Assembly: GCA_035308525.1 (NCBI GenBank)
Contig: DATGGM010000144.1
Location: 39,600-103,599, forward strand
Source: Bryobacteraceae bacterium
GTDB lineage: Bacteria; Acidobacteriota; Terriglobia; Bryobacterales; Bryobacteraceae
DNA: 64,000 bases
Reading direction: 5' to 3'
A model generated the notes under the pieces. The model was not told the DNA's origin. It searched no databases and saw nothing but the letters and a program-made list of their open reading frames with translations. The position numbers and the translations under genes were made by a program. This document shows positions 1-9,008 of the stretch, one piece after another. Every line of letters starts with the position of its first letter. Position 1 is the first letter of the stretch.

Positions 1-3000
1 GGGCCGGCCTCAATTTCGCGCAGTGCGGCCGCGGCGCCCCCATCCAGCGGGATCATCTCGATGCCGCGCGCCAAAAACTGCTGCCGCACTTCTTCGGAAA
101 CCATGCCGCTCGATCCCCATGGCCCCCAATTCACAGCCACCACGCGCGCCGGCCACTGGGCCGACAGGATCACCGACAGGCCGTTCATGAAACCGTTGCC
201 CGCCGCGTAGTCAGCCTGCCCGCGATTGCCAAACGCCGCCGTCACCGAGGACATCAGCAGCAGGCACCGCAGGCTCTCAGGCCGCAGCTTTTGGCTCAGT
301 ACCAGTGCCGAATCGGCCTTGGTGTGCAACACGCGGTCGAACGATTCCGGTGTTTTGTCGCGAATAAGCTTGTCTTCGATGATGCCGGCGCCATGCACCA
401 CCACGTCCAGGCGGCCGTGCTCGCGGTAGACGCGGTCAATCAATTCGCCGAAGGCCTCCTCGTTTCGTACGTCCACCGGGTGATATTCCACGGTCGCCCC
501 AGCGCGGCGCAGTTCTTCGAGCGTTTCGACAATCTCGCGATCCTTCAACAGCCGCTGCAACGCCGCCTCCACGGCGGCCGGCTTCACCGGGCTGGCCGAG
601 GACGCGCGCAGCCTGGCTAACAGTGCGGCTTTCAGCCGGGGAAGTTCGGTGATCCCCGCGGTATCGGACGCTTCGGGCCCGCTCGGGAGCGGAGAAGCGC
701 CGGCCAGGATCAGGGTTGGACGATAACGCGCGGCAAGCTGCCTGGCGATCTCGGCGGTGACGCCGCGCGCGCCTCCAGTCAGCAGTACCACCCAGTCGCG
801 CTGGATTTTCCGGGTGATTTCGCCATCCACAGCGGCCACTTGCGGCGCTAACTGCGGCACAACCGTCAATCGGCGGTCGCCGGGCAGGCCCACCTGCAAC
901 ATGTCGTCCAGAGAGGTAAGCTCGTCGATCAGTTTTTGGCGGAGGATGGGAACCGGATCGGTGGCATCCAGATCGAGCACTTTGCACCGCACACCGTCGA
1001 ATTCCAATGCCAGCGTTTTAGTGAAATCCGCAACCGCGAAATGCGTAGCCGGACAGGGTCCATTGGGCTGCAGGCCGAACGCTCCGCCGCGAGCCGTGAT
1101 GGCCGCGAACAGCGCGCCGCCGGCGCTACCCGTTTGTTTCAGATCGTTCTCGCAGGCGCGCGCCAGCAGGAAGAGCGAGCGGACGTCCGTCCGTAAATGA
1201 CCGCGCCATTCGGCGAAGGTGGCTTTCTCCGAAGAGGGCCCTGCGCGCAAAGGCAGCAAATGAATGACCGCACCGATGGTGCCGTGCTGGCGCCGAATGC
1301 TGGCGAGCAGCGTTTCCACGGCCCCTGGATCGGTCAGGTCCGTGGCGTCCCCACCGTGGCGCACCACCACGGCACGCTCGCCGTGGCGTTGCAGGTCATC
1401 CGCCAGACCAGTGGCGATGCCGGTCTCATCATCCGTGATCACCGACACGCGGCCCGGATAGTAATGGGGCTCCGGTTGCAGACGTTGCTGGTCCGCTACA
1501 GTCAGAATGAAGCGCGGGACTTCGGTGGACGGCGCGGGGGCTGCCGGCGCGGGAGCCACACTTACTGCCGCGGTGATGTGATCCGCGATCTCGCGCAACG
1601 TGCGCGCACTGGTCAGCTGGGTCATGATGCCCTGCACCGCCTGCTGTTGCTCGGGAGTGCCGAGCTTTTGCAGTGCCGTCAGGATCTCCACGCGCTTGAT
1701 CGAGTCGATCCCCAGGTCCGATTCGATACCGGCGTCCAGGTCCAGCATCTCGGGCGGGTAACCCGTGCGTTCGGCTGCCACCGCGCGCAATTCGGTCACG
1801 AAATCGCGTCCGGCGGCAGCCGGGGCTGGAGGCGCGCAACCGCTACCGGCGGCGCCGCCAATCAGCTCCGCGATCTCACGCAGCGTGCGCGCGCTGGTCA
1901 GTTTGTTCATGATGCCCTGCACGGCTTGCTGTTGTTGGGGTGAGCCAAGCTGCTGCAAGGCCGTCAGGATCTCGACGCGCTTGATGGAGTCGATCCCCAA
2001 GTCCGATTCGATGCCTGCGTCCAGATCCAGCATCTCCGGCGGGTAACCCGTGCGTTCCGCCGCGACGGCGCGCAATTCGGTCACGAAGTCGCGACCGGCG
2101 GCAGCCGGGGCTGGAGGCAGCGAAGAGCTACCGGCGGCGCCGCCAATCAGCTCCGCGATCTCGCGCAGCGTGCGGGCGCTGGTCAGCTCAGCCATGATGC
2201 CCTGCACCGCCTGCTGTTGCTCGGGATTACCGAGCTTTTGCAGTGCCGTCAGGATCTCCACGCGCTTGATGGAGTCGATCCCCAGGTCCGATTCGATGCC
2301 GGCGTCCAGATCCAGCATCTCCGGCGGGTAGCCCGTGCGTTCGGCGGCGACGGCTCGCAATTCGGTCACGAAATCGCGTCCGGCGGCAGCCGCGGCTGGA
2401 GGTGCGGAACCGCTACCGGCGGCGCCGCCAATCAGCTCCGCGATCTCGCGTAGCGTGCGGGCGCTGGTCAGCTCAGCCATGATGGCCTGCACCGCTTGCT
2501 GTTGTTTGGGTGAGCCAAGCTTCTGCAAGGCCGTCAAGATTTCCACGCGCTTGATGGAGTCGATCCCCAGGTCCGATTCGATGCCTGCGTCCAGATCCAG
2601 CATCTCCGGCGGGTAACCCGTGCGTTCGGCCGCGACGGCCCGCAGCTCCGTGGTGAAGTCACGTCCGGCAGGCGCTACTTCGGGGGCGCGGGCCGGCGGC
2701 ATCGGCGCCGCGGCGTGCACCGGCGCAGGCGCAACCGGCAACGGCGGAAGTGCCGGCAGTGTGGGTTTCTCAATAACTGCCGGGCCACCCTGCAGGTAAG
2801 CGGTCATGATGGTGGTCTGCGATTCCAGCACCTGCTTCATGAGCTGCTGAAACTGCAGCATCACGGCATCGCTGGCGCCGGATACGGGCACCGCGGCTTG
2901 CGGAACAGGCGCCGCCACTGGAATCGGCGCGGGAGCCGGCGGCGGCATCGCGGAAGACATCACCAGATCGAGCGGCGACACCACCTGCGGCGGTTTGGAT

Positions 3001-6000
3001 CGCGGGAATGCTTTCAGGCCATTCACCATCCAACCGCTATCGCGCACGGCTGGCTCCGGCCCGGCGACCCGTCCGCGAAGAAGCTGCGCCGCATCCACCG
3101 GCACGCCTTCGGCAGCCAACTGCGCCAGTGCATGCAGCAACGCCACCAGGCCGGCGCGATCGCTGTCGATCTGCACGAACCGGGCATCCTTACCATCCAG
3201 AATCTGCCGTGCCAGGCCGGTCAGTACGCCCTTCGGCCCGACTTCCACAAACACGCGCGCGCCCGCATCGTGCATGGCGCGGATCTCATCCACAAACTTC
3301 ACCGGGCGCACCAGATGGCTCGCCAGCAGCGCCGCGATTTCGGCGGGATCTTCCGGATACTGGCTGCCCAGTGTATTCGAAAAGACCGCCGCGGTGGGCC
3401 GGGCGAACGTCTGCCGTGCCAGCACTCCGCCGAACTGGACGCGGGCCGGTTCCATCAGCGGCGAGTGAAACGCGCAAGCCACGGGGATCAACCGCGCCGC
3501 CAGTCCGGCTGCTTCCAGCTTGGGAATCGCCGCGCGCACCGCCGCATTAGACCCCGAAATCACCGTTTGACGCGGGCTGTTGTGATTCGCCAGCGTGATG
3601 CCGTCAATGCCATCCAGCGCCTTGGCGATGGCATCGGCGTCGGCCGATACAGCCGCCATGGTACCGGCTTCGTCGTGGGTGGTATCTTTGATCGCGCGGC
3701 CGCGGGCTTCGGAGAGATCGAACAGCGCGTGATCCGAAATCACGCCCGCGGCGGCCAGGGCCACGTACTCGCCATAGCTGTGCCCGGCGGTCATGTCGGC
3801 GCGGACGCCCAGCCGTTCCAGGACGCGGCATAGCCCGATCTCGACTACGCCCAACGCAGGTTGCGCAATCAGAGTATCGGTCAATTCCAGATTCTGCTGT
3901 TTTTCCGTGTCGGGACTGAATGCCGGCGGCGGATAGATGTAGGCGGACAGCTTCTTCGGCAACCGTCCGGCGAGCACTTGTTCGGCCTGCTCCAGGCCGG
4001 CACGCAGTTCCGGGAAGTGCAGGGCCAGGTCGCGCAGCATGTGCGTCTTCTGCGAGCCCTGCCCGGGAAACAGGAATGCCACTTTGCCGCGCGGGGAACC
4101 ATAAGCCAGATAAATCCCCTGCGCATCGTTGAGCGTCTGCCTGGCTTCGAGCGCTGTTTTCGCCTTGGCCAGCTTCGCGCGCAGATCCTCCGCGGAGCCC
4201 GCTACAATCGCCAGCCGTGTTTGCGCCGACGCAGAAACGTGGGTGTCGCGCCCCCGCCCTTCCACCAGGTCCGCCGGTGTGGGATCGTTCCAGATGTAGA
4301 GTTCGGCGGGCCACTGCTCGAACTGCGCCACGTCGGCGGGATCCGTCAGCCCGCCCTGAAACTCTTCCAACACCGCATGGAAATTGGTTCCGCCAAAGCC
4401 GAACGCGCTCACACCACCGCGGCGCGGCGTACCCGCGGGAGGGATCCACGGCAGGGTTTCGGTGTTCACGAAGATCGGGGTGCCGGGCTCCAGCAGCTTG
4501 GGGTTGGGCTTCTCCACGTGCAGCGTGGGCGGTAGGGTCTGGTGATACAGCGCCAGCGCCACCTTCATCAGTCCGGTGATCCCCGCGGCGGACTTGGTAT
4601 GGCCCACCATGGATTTCACCGACCCGATGGCGCAGCTCGACGGAGTCGCTCCATCCGCCTGAAATACATCTGCCACGGCGGCTAGTTCGCTGGCATCCCC
4701 CAGTGTGGTGCCGGTGCCATGCGCTTCAATCAAGCCGACGGTCGACGGGCGAATTCCAGCGCGGGCGTAGGCGCGCTGCAACGCAACGATCTGGCCTTCC
4801 AGACGCGGCGCCGTCATGCTGCGGCCCTTGCCGTCGCTCGATCCGGCCACGCCCTTGATCACCGCATAAATGCGATCCCCATCGCGCTCGGCGTCTTCCA
4901 GACGCTTCAGCACCATCATGCTGATGCCTTCGCTGATAGCGATCCCATCGGCGCTTTCATCGAACGTGCGGCAGCGGCCCCGGCCCGAAAGTGCCTGCGC
5001 CTTTGCGAAGCAGAGGTACCCGAACGGGCTTTGCGCCGTGTCCACGCCGCCCACGATGGCCATGTCGCTCGAATGATCGGCCAACTCGCGCGCCGCCAGG
5101 TAGACCGCCGCCAGCGACGAGGCGCACGCCGCATCCACGCTGAAGTTCACGCCGCCCAGGTCGAAGCGGTTGGCCACGCGCCCCGCCGCGACATTCAGCA
5201 GCAGGCCCGCGAAAGAATCTTCGGTCCACTCCGGCAGTTCCTGCAACAATTCCGCGGGCGGTTTGCTGATGAATTGTTGCAGCATGGAGCGTACCGCGTA
5301 TTGCAGGCCCACATCGCCCAGTCCGCCGCTCAGTCCCAGGATCACCGAGGTCTTCTCGCGCGCAAACTCCCGATCCTGATAGCCGGCATCGCGCAGCGCC
5401 TGGTCCACCGTGACCAGCGCCAGCAATTGCAGCGGATCGATCGACGGCAACGCGTTCGGCGGAATACCGTAACGCATCGGATCGAACGGCACGGCATCCA
5501 GGAAGCCGCCCCAGCGCGAGTGGATCTTGTCTTTGGCTTTGCGGTCGGGATCGTAATACAGGTCAATGTTGAAGCGCTCTTTGGGAACTTCGCCTATGGC
5601 ATCGACTTTATTCAGAATGTTGGCCCAAAACTCGCGCACGTTGGGTGCCTTGGGCAGCAGGCAGCCCATGCCGATGATGGCTACATCGAACGGCTTGGGC
5701 GGAGGCATCTGCGCCACGCGCGGAGCGTCGAATGGCACGGTTAGTCCAGCGATCAGCCGGGCGCCTTCGTCGGCGACGCTCGCATCCGCCAGGATGCCGA
5801 TACGCGCCCCTTTCTCCGCCAGAGGCGCGAAAAGTACAGCCGCCATGGCTGCCGAACGACCGTCGGATATGCCGGAAAATACGATCTGCCGGGCCTCCAG
5901 GGCGTCCGATACGGCGCTGTCGGTCCAACCCTCGATCACATGCACATCGCTACCAGCGCCGGACGCCGCATCCAGACGCGCATGTTTCTTCGCTAAAAGC

Positions 6001-6458
6001 ACATGCTCGCGGATCGCTTCACGCAGGCCGCGCAAGATGCCCGGAACCGTACGGAAGCGCTGCGCCAGCGCCGTCCACAATGGGTCGGAAGCATCCAGCA
6101 CCACGCCCGCCGCGCCGCCGGCATACCAGGCTGCCGCGGAATGCGGCCCGATGCCACCCGATCCCCATAACGGAACGGGCGAATCGAGCGGCGTCCGGGA
6201 AACCACGCCGTCGAAACCGAGCTCGCCGGCCAAGGCGGCTTCTTCCGGCGTCGAGACCTCCAGGAGCACGCGCTGAGAGTGCGAGCGCCCCTGTTTCAGC
6301 AATTCTTTGGTGCGCTTGCGGCCCGCGGCAGCCACGATCACGCACACGGCATCGGGCGAAAGCGGTGCCCCGGCGGCCAGCCGGACAGCGAATAAGCCGT
6401 CTCTCTGCCGGATGCGCTCCGGCGCGTTCAAAATGAGGAATTCGAACTTTTCCGGCAT
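1..6458 (-). CDS. pfaA: PfaA-like multidomain PUFA/polyketide-type synthase (N-terminal ~250-aa extension, KS, AT, 4 tandem ACP, KR); 3' end runs off the window
   Basis: Own reverse-strand translation from ATG at 6458 (in-frame TAG upstream at 6482-6480): MPEKFEFLILNA... KS starts ~5700 (DVAIIGMGCLLPKA), with active-site DAACASSLAAV (~5120-5140) and FGFGGTNFHAVLEE (~4400). AT has FLFPGQGSQ (~4060) and GHSYGEY (~3780). Four ACPs each carry DLGIDSIKRVEIL. KR has LLTGGARGVTAEIA (~750-800) and ADYAAGN (~195-215). Missing from the ORF track because no stop lies in the window. The + strand ORFs listed between 226 and 6436 are Arg/Ala/Gly-rich shadow frames. Confidence 0.9.
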   Translation of the reverse strand, partial: MPEKFEFLILNAPERIRQRDGLFAVRLAAGAPLSPDAVCVIVAAAGRKRTKELLKQGRSHSQRVLLEVSTPEEAALAGELGFDGVVSRTPLDSPVPLWGSGGIGPHSAAAWYAGGAAGVVLDASDPLWTALAQRFRTVPGILRGLREAIREHVLLAKKHARLDAASGAGSDVHVIEGWTDSAVSDALEARQIVFSGISDGRSAAMAAVLFAPLAEKGARIGILADASVADEGARLIAGLTVPFDAPRVAQMPPPKPFDVAIIGMGCLLPKAPNVREFWANILNKVDAIGEVPKERFNIDLYYDPDRKAKDKIHSRWGGFLDAVPFDPMRYGIPPNALPSIDPLQLLALVTVDQALRDAGYQDREFAREKTSVILGLSGGLGDVGLQYAVRSMLQQFISKPPAELLQELPEWTEDSFAGLLLNVAAGRVANRFDLGGVNFSVDAACASSLAAVYLAARELADHSSDMAIVGGVDTAQSPFGYLCFAKAQALSGRGRCRTFDESADGIAISEGISMMVLKRLEDAERDGDRIYAVIKGVAGSSDGKGRSMTAPRLEGQIVALQRAYARAGIRPSTVGLIEAHGTGTTLGDASELAAVADVFQADGATPSSCAIGSVKSMVGHTKSAAGITGLMKVALALYHQTLPPTLHVEKPNPKLLEPGTPIFVNTETLPWIPPAGTPRRGGVSAFGFGGTNFHAVLEEFQGGLTDPADVAQFEQWPAELYIWNDPTPADLVEGRGRDTHVSASAQTRLAIVAGSAEDLRAKLAKAKTALEARQTLNDAQGIYLAYGSPRGKVAFLFPGQGSQKTHMLRDLALHFPELRAGLEQAEQVLAGRLPKKLSAYIYPPPAFSPDTEKQQNLELTDTLIAQPALGVVEIGLCRVLERLGVRADMTAGHSYGEYVALAAAGVISDHALFDLSEARGRAIKDTTHDEAGTMAAVSADADAIAKALDGIDGITLANHNSPRQTVISGSNAAVRAAIPKLEAAGLAARLIPVACAFHSPLMEPARVQFGGVLARQTFARPTAAVFSNTLGSQYPEDPAEIAALLASHLVRPVKFVDEIRAMHDAGARVFVEVGPKGVLTGLARQILDGKDARFVQIDSDRAGLVALLHALAQLAAEGVPVDAAQLLRGRVAGPEPAVRDSGWMVNGLKAFPRSKPPQVVSPLDLVMSSAMPPPAPAPIPVAAPVPQAAVPVSGASDAVMLQFQQLMKQVLESQTTIMTAYLQGGPAVIEKPTLPALPPLPVAPAPVHAAAPMPPARAPEVAPAGRDFTTELRAVAAERTGYPPEMLDLDAGIESDLGIDSIKRVEILTALQKLGSPKQQQAVQAIMAELTSARTLREIAELIGGAAGSGSAPPAAAAAGRDFVTELRAVAAERTGYPPEMLDLDAGIESDLGIDSIKRVEILTALQKLGNPEQQQAVQGIMAELTSARTLREIAELIGGAAGSSSLPPAPAAAGRDFVTELRAVAAERTGYPPEMLDLDAGIESDLGIDSIKRVEILTALQQLGSPQQQQAVQGIMNKLTSARTLREIAELIGGAAGSGCAPPAPAAAGRDFVTELRAVAAERTGYPPEMLDLDAGIESDLGIDSIKRVEILTALQKLGTPEQQQAVQGIMTQLTSARTLREIADHITAAVSVAPAPAAPAPSTEVPRFILTVADQQRLQPEPHYYPGRVSVITDDETGIATGLADDLQRHGERAVVVRHGGDATDLTDPGAVETLLASIRRQHGTIGAVIHLLPLRAGPSSEKATFAEWRGHLRTDVRSLFLLARACENDLKQTGSAGGALFAAITARGGAFGLQPNGPCPATHFAVADFTKTLALEFDGVRCKVLDLDATDPVPILRQKLIDELTSLDDMLQVGLPGDRRLTVVPQLAPQVAAVDGEITRKIQRDWVVLLTGGARGVTAEIARQLAARYRPTLILAGASPLPSGPEASDTAGITELPRLKAALLARLRASSASPVKPAAVEAALQRLLKDREIVETLEELRRAGATVEYHPVDVRNEEAFGELIDRVYREHGRLDVVVHGAGIIEDKLIRDKTPESFDRVLHTKADSALVLSQKLRPESLRCLLLMSSVTAAFGNRGQADYAAGNGFMNGLSVILSAQWPARVVAVNWGPWGSSGMVSEEVRQQFLARGIEMIPLDGGAAAALREIEAG
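1480..2619 (-). repeat. Four tandem 285-bp repeats encoding the ACP domains of the synthase
   Basis: The shadow ORFs 1765-2046, 2050-2331 and 2335-2616 have almost identical 93-aa translations at an exact 285-nt period. A fourth, slightly more diverged unit lies at ~1480-1764. Each unit contains the reverse complement of GGIESDLGIDSIKRVEIL (e.g. cgcgcttgatggagtcgatcccca). Confidence 0.9.
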
Positions 6459-6594
6459 TCTTACCCGTTCCCCGCCTGGCTACTTGTGACGGAATCAATA
6501 CAGATCTTTCGTCCGACTTCGCCGTGGAAGAGGGTGGCGCGACAGCCAATCCCAGTATAGGAGCCGAACGCCCTTCGGCACCATGTATCTAAAG

Positions 6595-6600
6595 ATTATA
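6595..6600 (-). promoter_or_regulatory. Possible -10 hexamer (TATAAT on the minus strand) upstream of the synthase gene
   Basis: attata on the + strand gives a perfect TATAAT on the coding strand, ~137 nt upstream of ATG 6458, inside the only sizeable gap (6459-6648) of this co-oriented block. A 6-bp-stem hairpin gccgaa-cgccc-ttcggc (6563-6579) lies in the putative leader. No convincing -35 found. Confidence 0.2.
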
Positions 6601-6648
6601 GACCCTTCCTTCCCAAACCGTCCTACTGGGGATTTGCCCCTGCGGGTA

Positions 6649-7125
6649 CTAGCAGGTTTCAATCACACGCCCGTCGCGCACCATGACGAAGGGAATTCGA
6701 CAGCGCGCGGCGAGCAGCCGGTCGCGCTCGCCGTCGCCGATGAGCAGCGAGCCGGCCAGATCGATGTCCCACTTCCGCTGCGCCGCCATCACCATTCCCG
6801 GCAATGGCTTACGGCAATCGCAGGCGCCGTCCTGGTGGGGACAATAGACCACGTCGTCCAGGACGGCGCCCTGTGCCGCGAGTTCGGCGCGCATCCTGTC
6901 GTGCAGCTCCAGCAGGTCGGCCTCGGACATCAGGCCCAGGGCGACACCGCGCTGATTGGTGATCACGATCGCCAGATAGCCCGCCGCTTTGAACAACCGG
7001 ATCCAGGCGACCGCTTCCGGCAGCACCTTGAACTCATCCCAGCTTCGAATGTATTCGCCCTTCAGGGGTGCGGCGTTAATCACCCCGTCCCGGTCCAGAA
7101 ACAGGCAGCGCTTCATTGTTTTCAC
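6649..7125 (-). CDS. gmhB: D-glycero-D-manno-heptose 1,7-bisphosphate phosphatase (HAD-IIIA, GmhB-type)
   Basis: 158 aa. HAD motif I is LFLDRDGVIN. The Zn-finger-like insert CPHQDGACDCRKPLPGM is typical of GmhB, and IGDGERD is motif IV. Confidence 0.8.
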   Translation of the reverse strand: MKTMKRCLFLDRDGVINAAPLKGEYIRSWDEFKVLPEAVAWIRLFKAAGYLAIVITNQRGVALGLMSEADLLELHDRMRAELAAQGAVLDDVVYCPHQDGACDCRKPLPGMVMAAQRKWDIDLAGSLLIGDGERDRLLAARCRIPFVMVRDGRVIETC

Positions 7126-7144
7126 CGTTTTCAGCGGAACCTGG

Positions 7145-8143
7145 CTACACGCTCGCCATGCGATATCCCGCCCGGTTCTGAAAAATAATCTTGCTCCCGT
7201 CCGGATCGAGCGCGATCGGCAGTTCGCGGTAACTCTCCATCGCCTTGCGCACCGCCTTATGATGCGCCGGGTCGCAATAGATCAGCAGGAACCCGCCGCC
7301 GCCGGCCCCGCAGATCTTGCCGCCGGAAGCTCCCGCGCTCAATGCCAGATCGTACATCTGCTCGATCTCGGGACTGCTGATGCCCTCCGCCAGCTGGCGC
7401 TTCAACTGCCAGCCGTCGTTCAATACGCGTCCCACCTCCCAAAGGCGCAGCCGGTCCAGCGCCTCCGCCGTGCGCGCCGCCAGTGCTTTCAGGCAGTGAA
7501 GCTGCTCCAGGTTCACCTCCGTGCGCTGATCCTGCACGCTCAGAATGTTCCCGGCCTTGCGCGTGCGCCCCGTGTAAAACAGCATGATGTTGCGCGACAG
7601 TTCGTGGAACAACTCCGGGGTGCGGCGGAACTGCTTCACGTCCACAGTGTCGTCTTTGCGGAAAATGAACTGGCACACGCCGCCATACGCCGCGATGTAC
7701 TGGTCCTGCTTGCCGATGGGCTTTCCGCAGATCTCGATCTCGATCTCGCAGGCCTCCCGCGCCAGTTGTTCAGCCGTCACCAGCCTGCCCTTGTAGGCAT
7801 AGAGTGCGTGCAATAGCCCCACCGTCACGGTGCTCGATGAACCCAGCCCGGACCCCTCCGACGGCACGTCCGCCAGCGTGGTGATCTCGACGCCATTCTC
7901 CACACCCGTGCGCAGCATGGCTTCCCGCACCAGCTCATGCTTCAGATCCCGCACGTTCTCGACAGTCTCTTTCTTGGTGTAATTGACAATGATCAACTCG
8001 TCGAACCGTGGCACGACCACCACGTAGACATACTTGTCGATGGCCGAGCTGACCACCGCGCCCTCGTGTTCCCGATAATAACGGCTGAAATCCGTGCCGC
8101 CGCCCGCAAAGCTGACGCGCAGCGGCGTTTGTGAAATGATCAT
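7145..8143 (-). CDS. hddA: GHMP-family sugar kinase, D-glycero-alpha-D-manno-heptose 7-phosphate kinase-like (HddA-type)
   Basis: 332 aa. The N-terminus MIISQTPLRVSFAGGGTDF is characteristic of HddA-type kinases. GHMP ATP loop PSEGSGLGSSSTVTVG is present, and GGKICGAGGGGF near the C-terminus. Confidence 0.8.
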   Translation of the reverse strand: MIISQTPLRVSFAGGGTDFSRYYREHEGAVVSSAIDKYVYVVVVPRFDELIIVNYTKKETVENVRDLKHELVREAMLRTGVENGVEITTLADVPSEGSGLGSSSTVTVGLLHALYAYKGRLVTAEQLAREACEIEIEICGKPIGKQDQYIAAYGGVCQFIFRKDDTVDVKQFRRTPELFHELSRNIMLFYTGRTRKAGNILSVQDQRTEVNLEQLHCLKALAARTAEALDRLRLWEVGRVLNDGWQLKRQLAEGISSPEIEQMYDLALSAGASGGKICGAGGGGFLLIYCDPAHHKAVRKAMESYRELPIALDPDGSKIIFQNRAGYRMASV

Positions 8144-8859
8144 GATCCCTCGCGCGCGCGGCAGGCGGCTGCATAATCCGCCTGCGCGCAGTAGTAATTA
8201 TCCAGCGTACCGATATCTATGAAGTAGCTGCCGATGGGTAGCCCTTTGGCCTGCCCTGCCAGCGCCGGCATGAGCGACCGGCCCACATCCGCCGGCACCT
8301 CGGGCGGGAGATACTGCCGCACCGCCGGGCGAAACGCGTACAAGCCCGCATTCACCAGGTTGCCCGGAGGGTTTTCGGGCTTCTCCCAAAATCCCGTCAC
8401 CAGGCCGGAGCCATCCAGTTCCACCACGCCGCACGCCGACGGATTCGGCGAGCGAAACAGCGCCATCGACGCGATCCGGTCGTGCGTCGCATGAAACGCC
8501 ACCAGGTCCGAGAGCCGGAAAGTGGTGAGATTGTCGCCATACACCACCAGAAACGATTCGCCGCCATCCACAAAACTCCAGTTCGCCGCAATGGTCCCAG
8601 CGCTGCCGAGCAGGGTCGGCTCATAGGCCAGGGTGACGGGCACGCCGCGCCGCGCCGCCACGAATTCCTCCACCCGCTCCGCCAGATGGTGCGTATTCAC
8701 CAGCACGCCCTCCACATCCGCCCGCTCGCATTCGCGCAGCCACAACTCCAGCAGCGGCACGCCATTGATGGGCACCAGACATTTGGGAGTCGTCAACGTG
8801 ATGGGGCGCAGGCGGGTCCCCAATCCCGCCGCCAGGATGATCGCCTTCATTAGGGCCAA
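8140..8859 (-). CDS. hddC: Sugar-1-phosphate nucleotidyltransferase, D-glycero-alpha-D-manno-heptose 1-phosphate guanylyltransferase-like (HddC-type)
   Basis: 239 aa. Nucleotidyltransferase signature AIILAAGLGTRLRPIT..PK. Its stop overlaps the hddA start by 4 nt (8140-8143). Context with hddA and gmhB supports the heptose assignment. Confidence 0.7.
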   Translation of the reverse strand: MALMKAIILAAGLGTRLRPITLTTPKCLVPINGVPLLELWLRECERADVEGVLVNTHHLAERVEEFVAARRGVPVTLAYEPTLLGSAGTIAANWSFVDGGESFLVVYGDNLTTFRLSDLVAFHATHDRIASMALFRSPNPSACGVVELDGSGLVTGFWEKPENPPGNLVNAGLYAFRPAVRQYLPPEVPADVGRSLMPALAGQAKGLPIGSYFIDIGTLDNYYCAQADYAAACRAREGS

Positions 8860-9008
8860 ACCAATCTTAACAACTCGACTTCCACACCGCTGCTATTGCA
8901 ATCGCCCTCGTAAACCTTGGTTACAACGAATTCCGGCCCGGCCCAGTACTTACACCACCACCCGGCCCCTCAACCCGTGGTATCTTAACAAGATCGGTGT
9001 AGTGCAAA

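Noticed and set aside
1480-2619. The regular 285-bp tandem repeats as a CRISPR-like or satellite array
   Set aside because: There is no repeat-spacer alternation; the whole unit repeats. Each unit encodes an ACP domain with the DSIKRVEIL phosphopantetheine site in frame with the synthase.
226-6436. Many + strand ORFs (e.g. 1197-1943, 2715-3833, 4719-5744, 5732-6436) covering the first 6.4 kb
   Set aside because: Their translations are Arg/Ala/Gly/His-rich with no motifs. The opposite strand reads as one continuous KS-AT-ACP4-KR protein with textbook active-site motifs. These are shadow frames of a high-GC gene.
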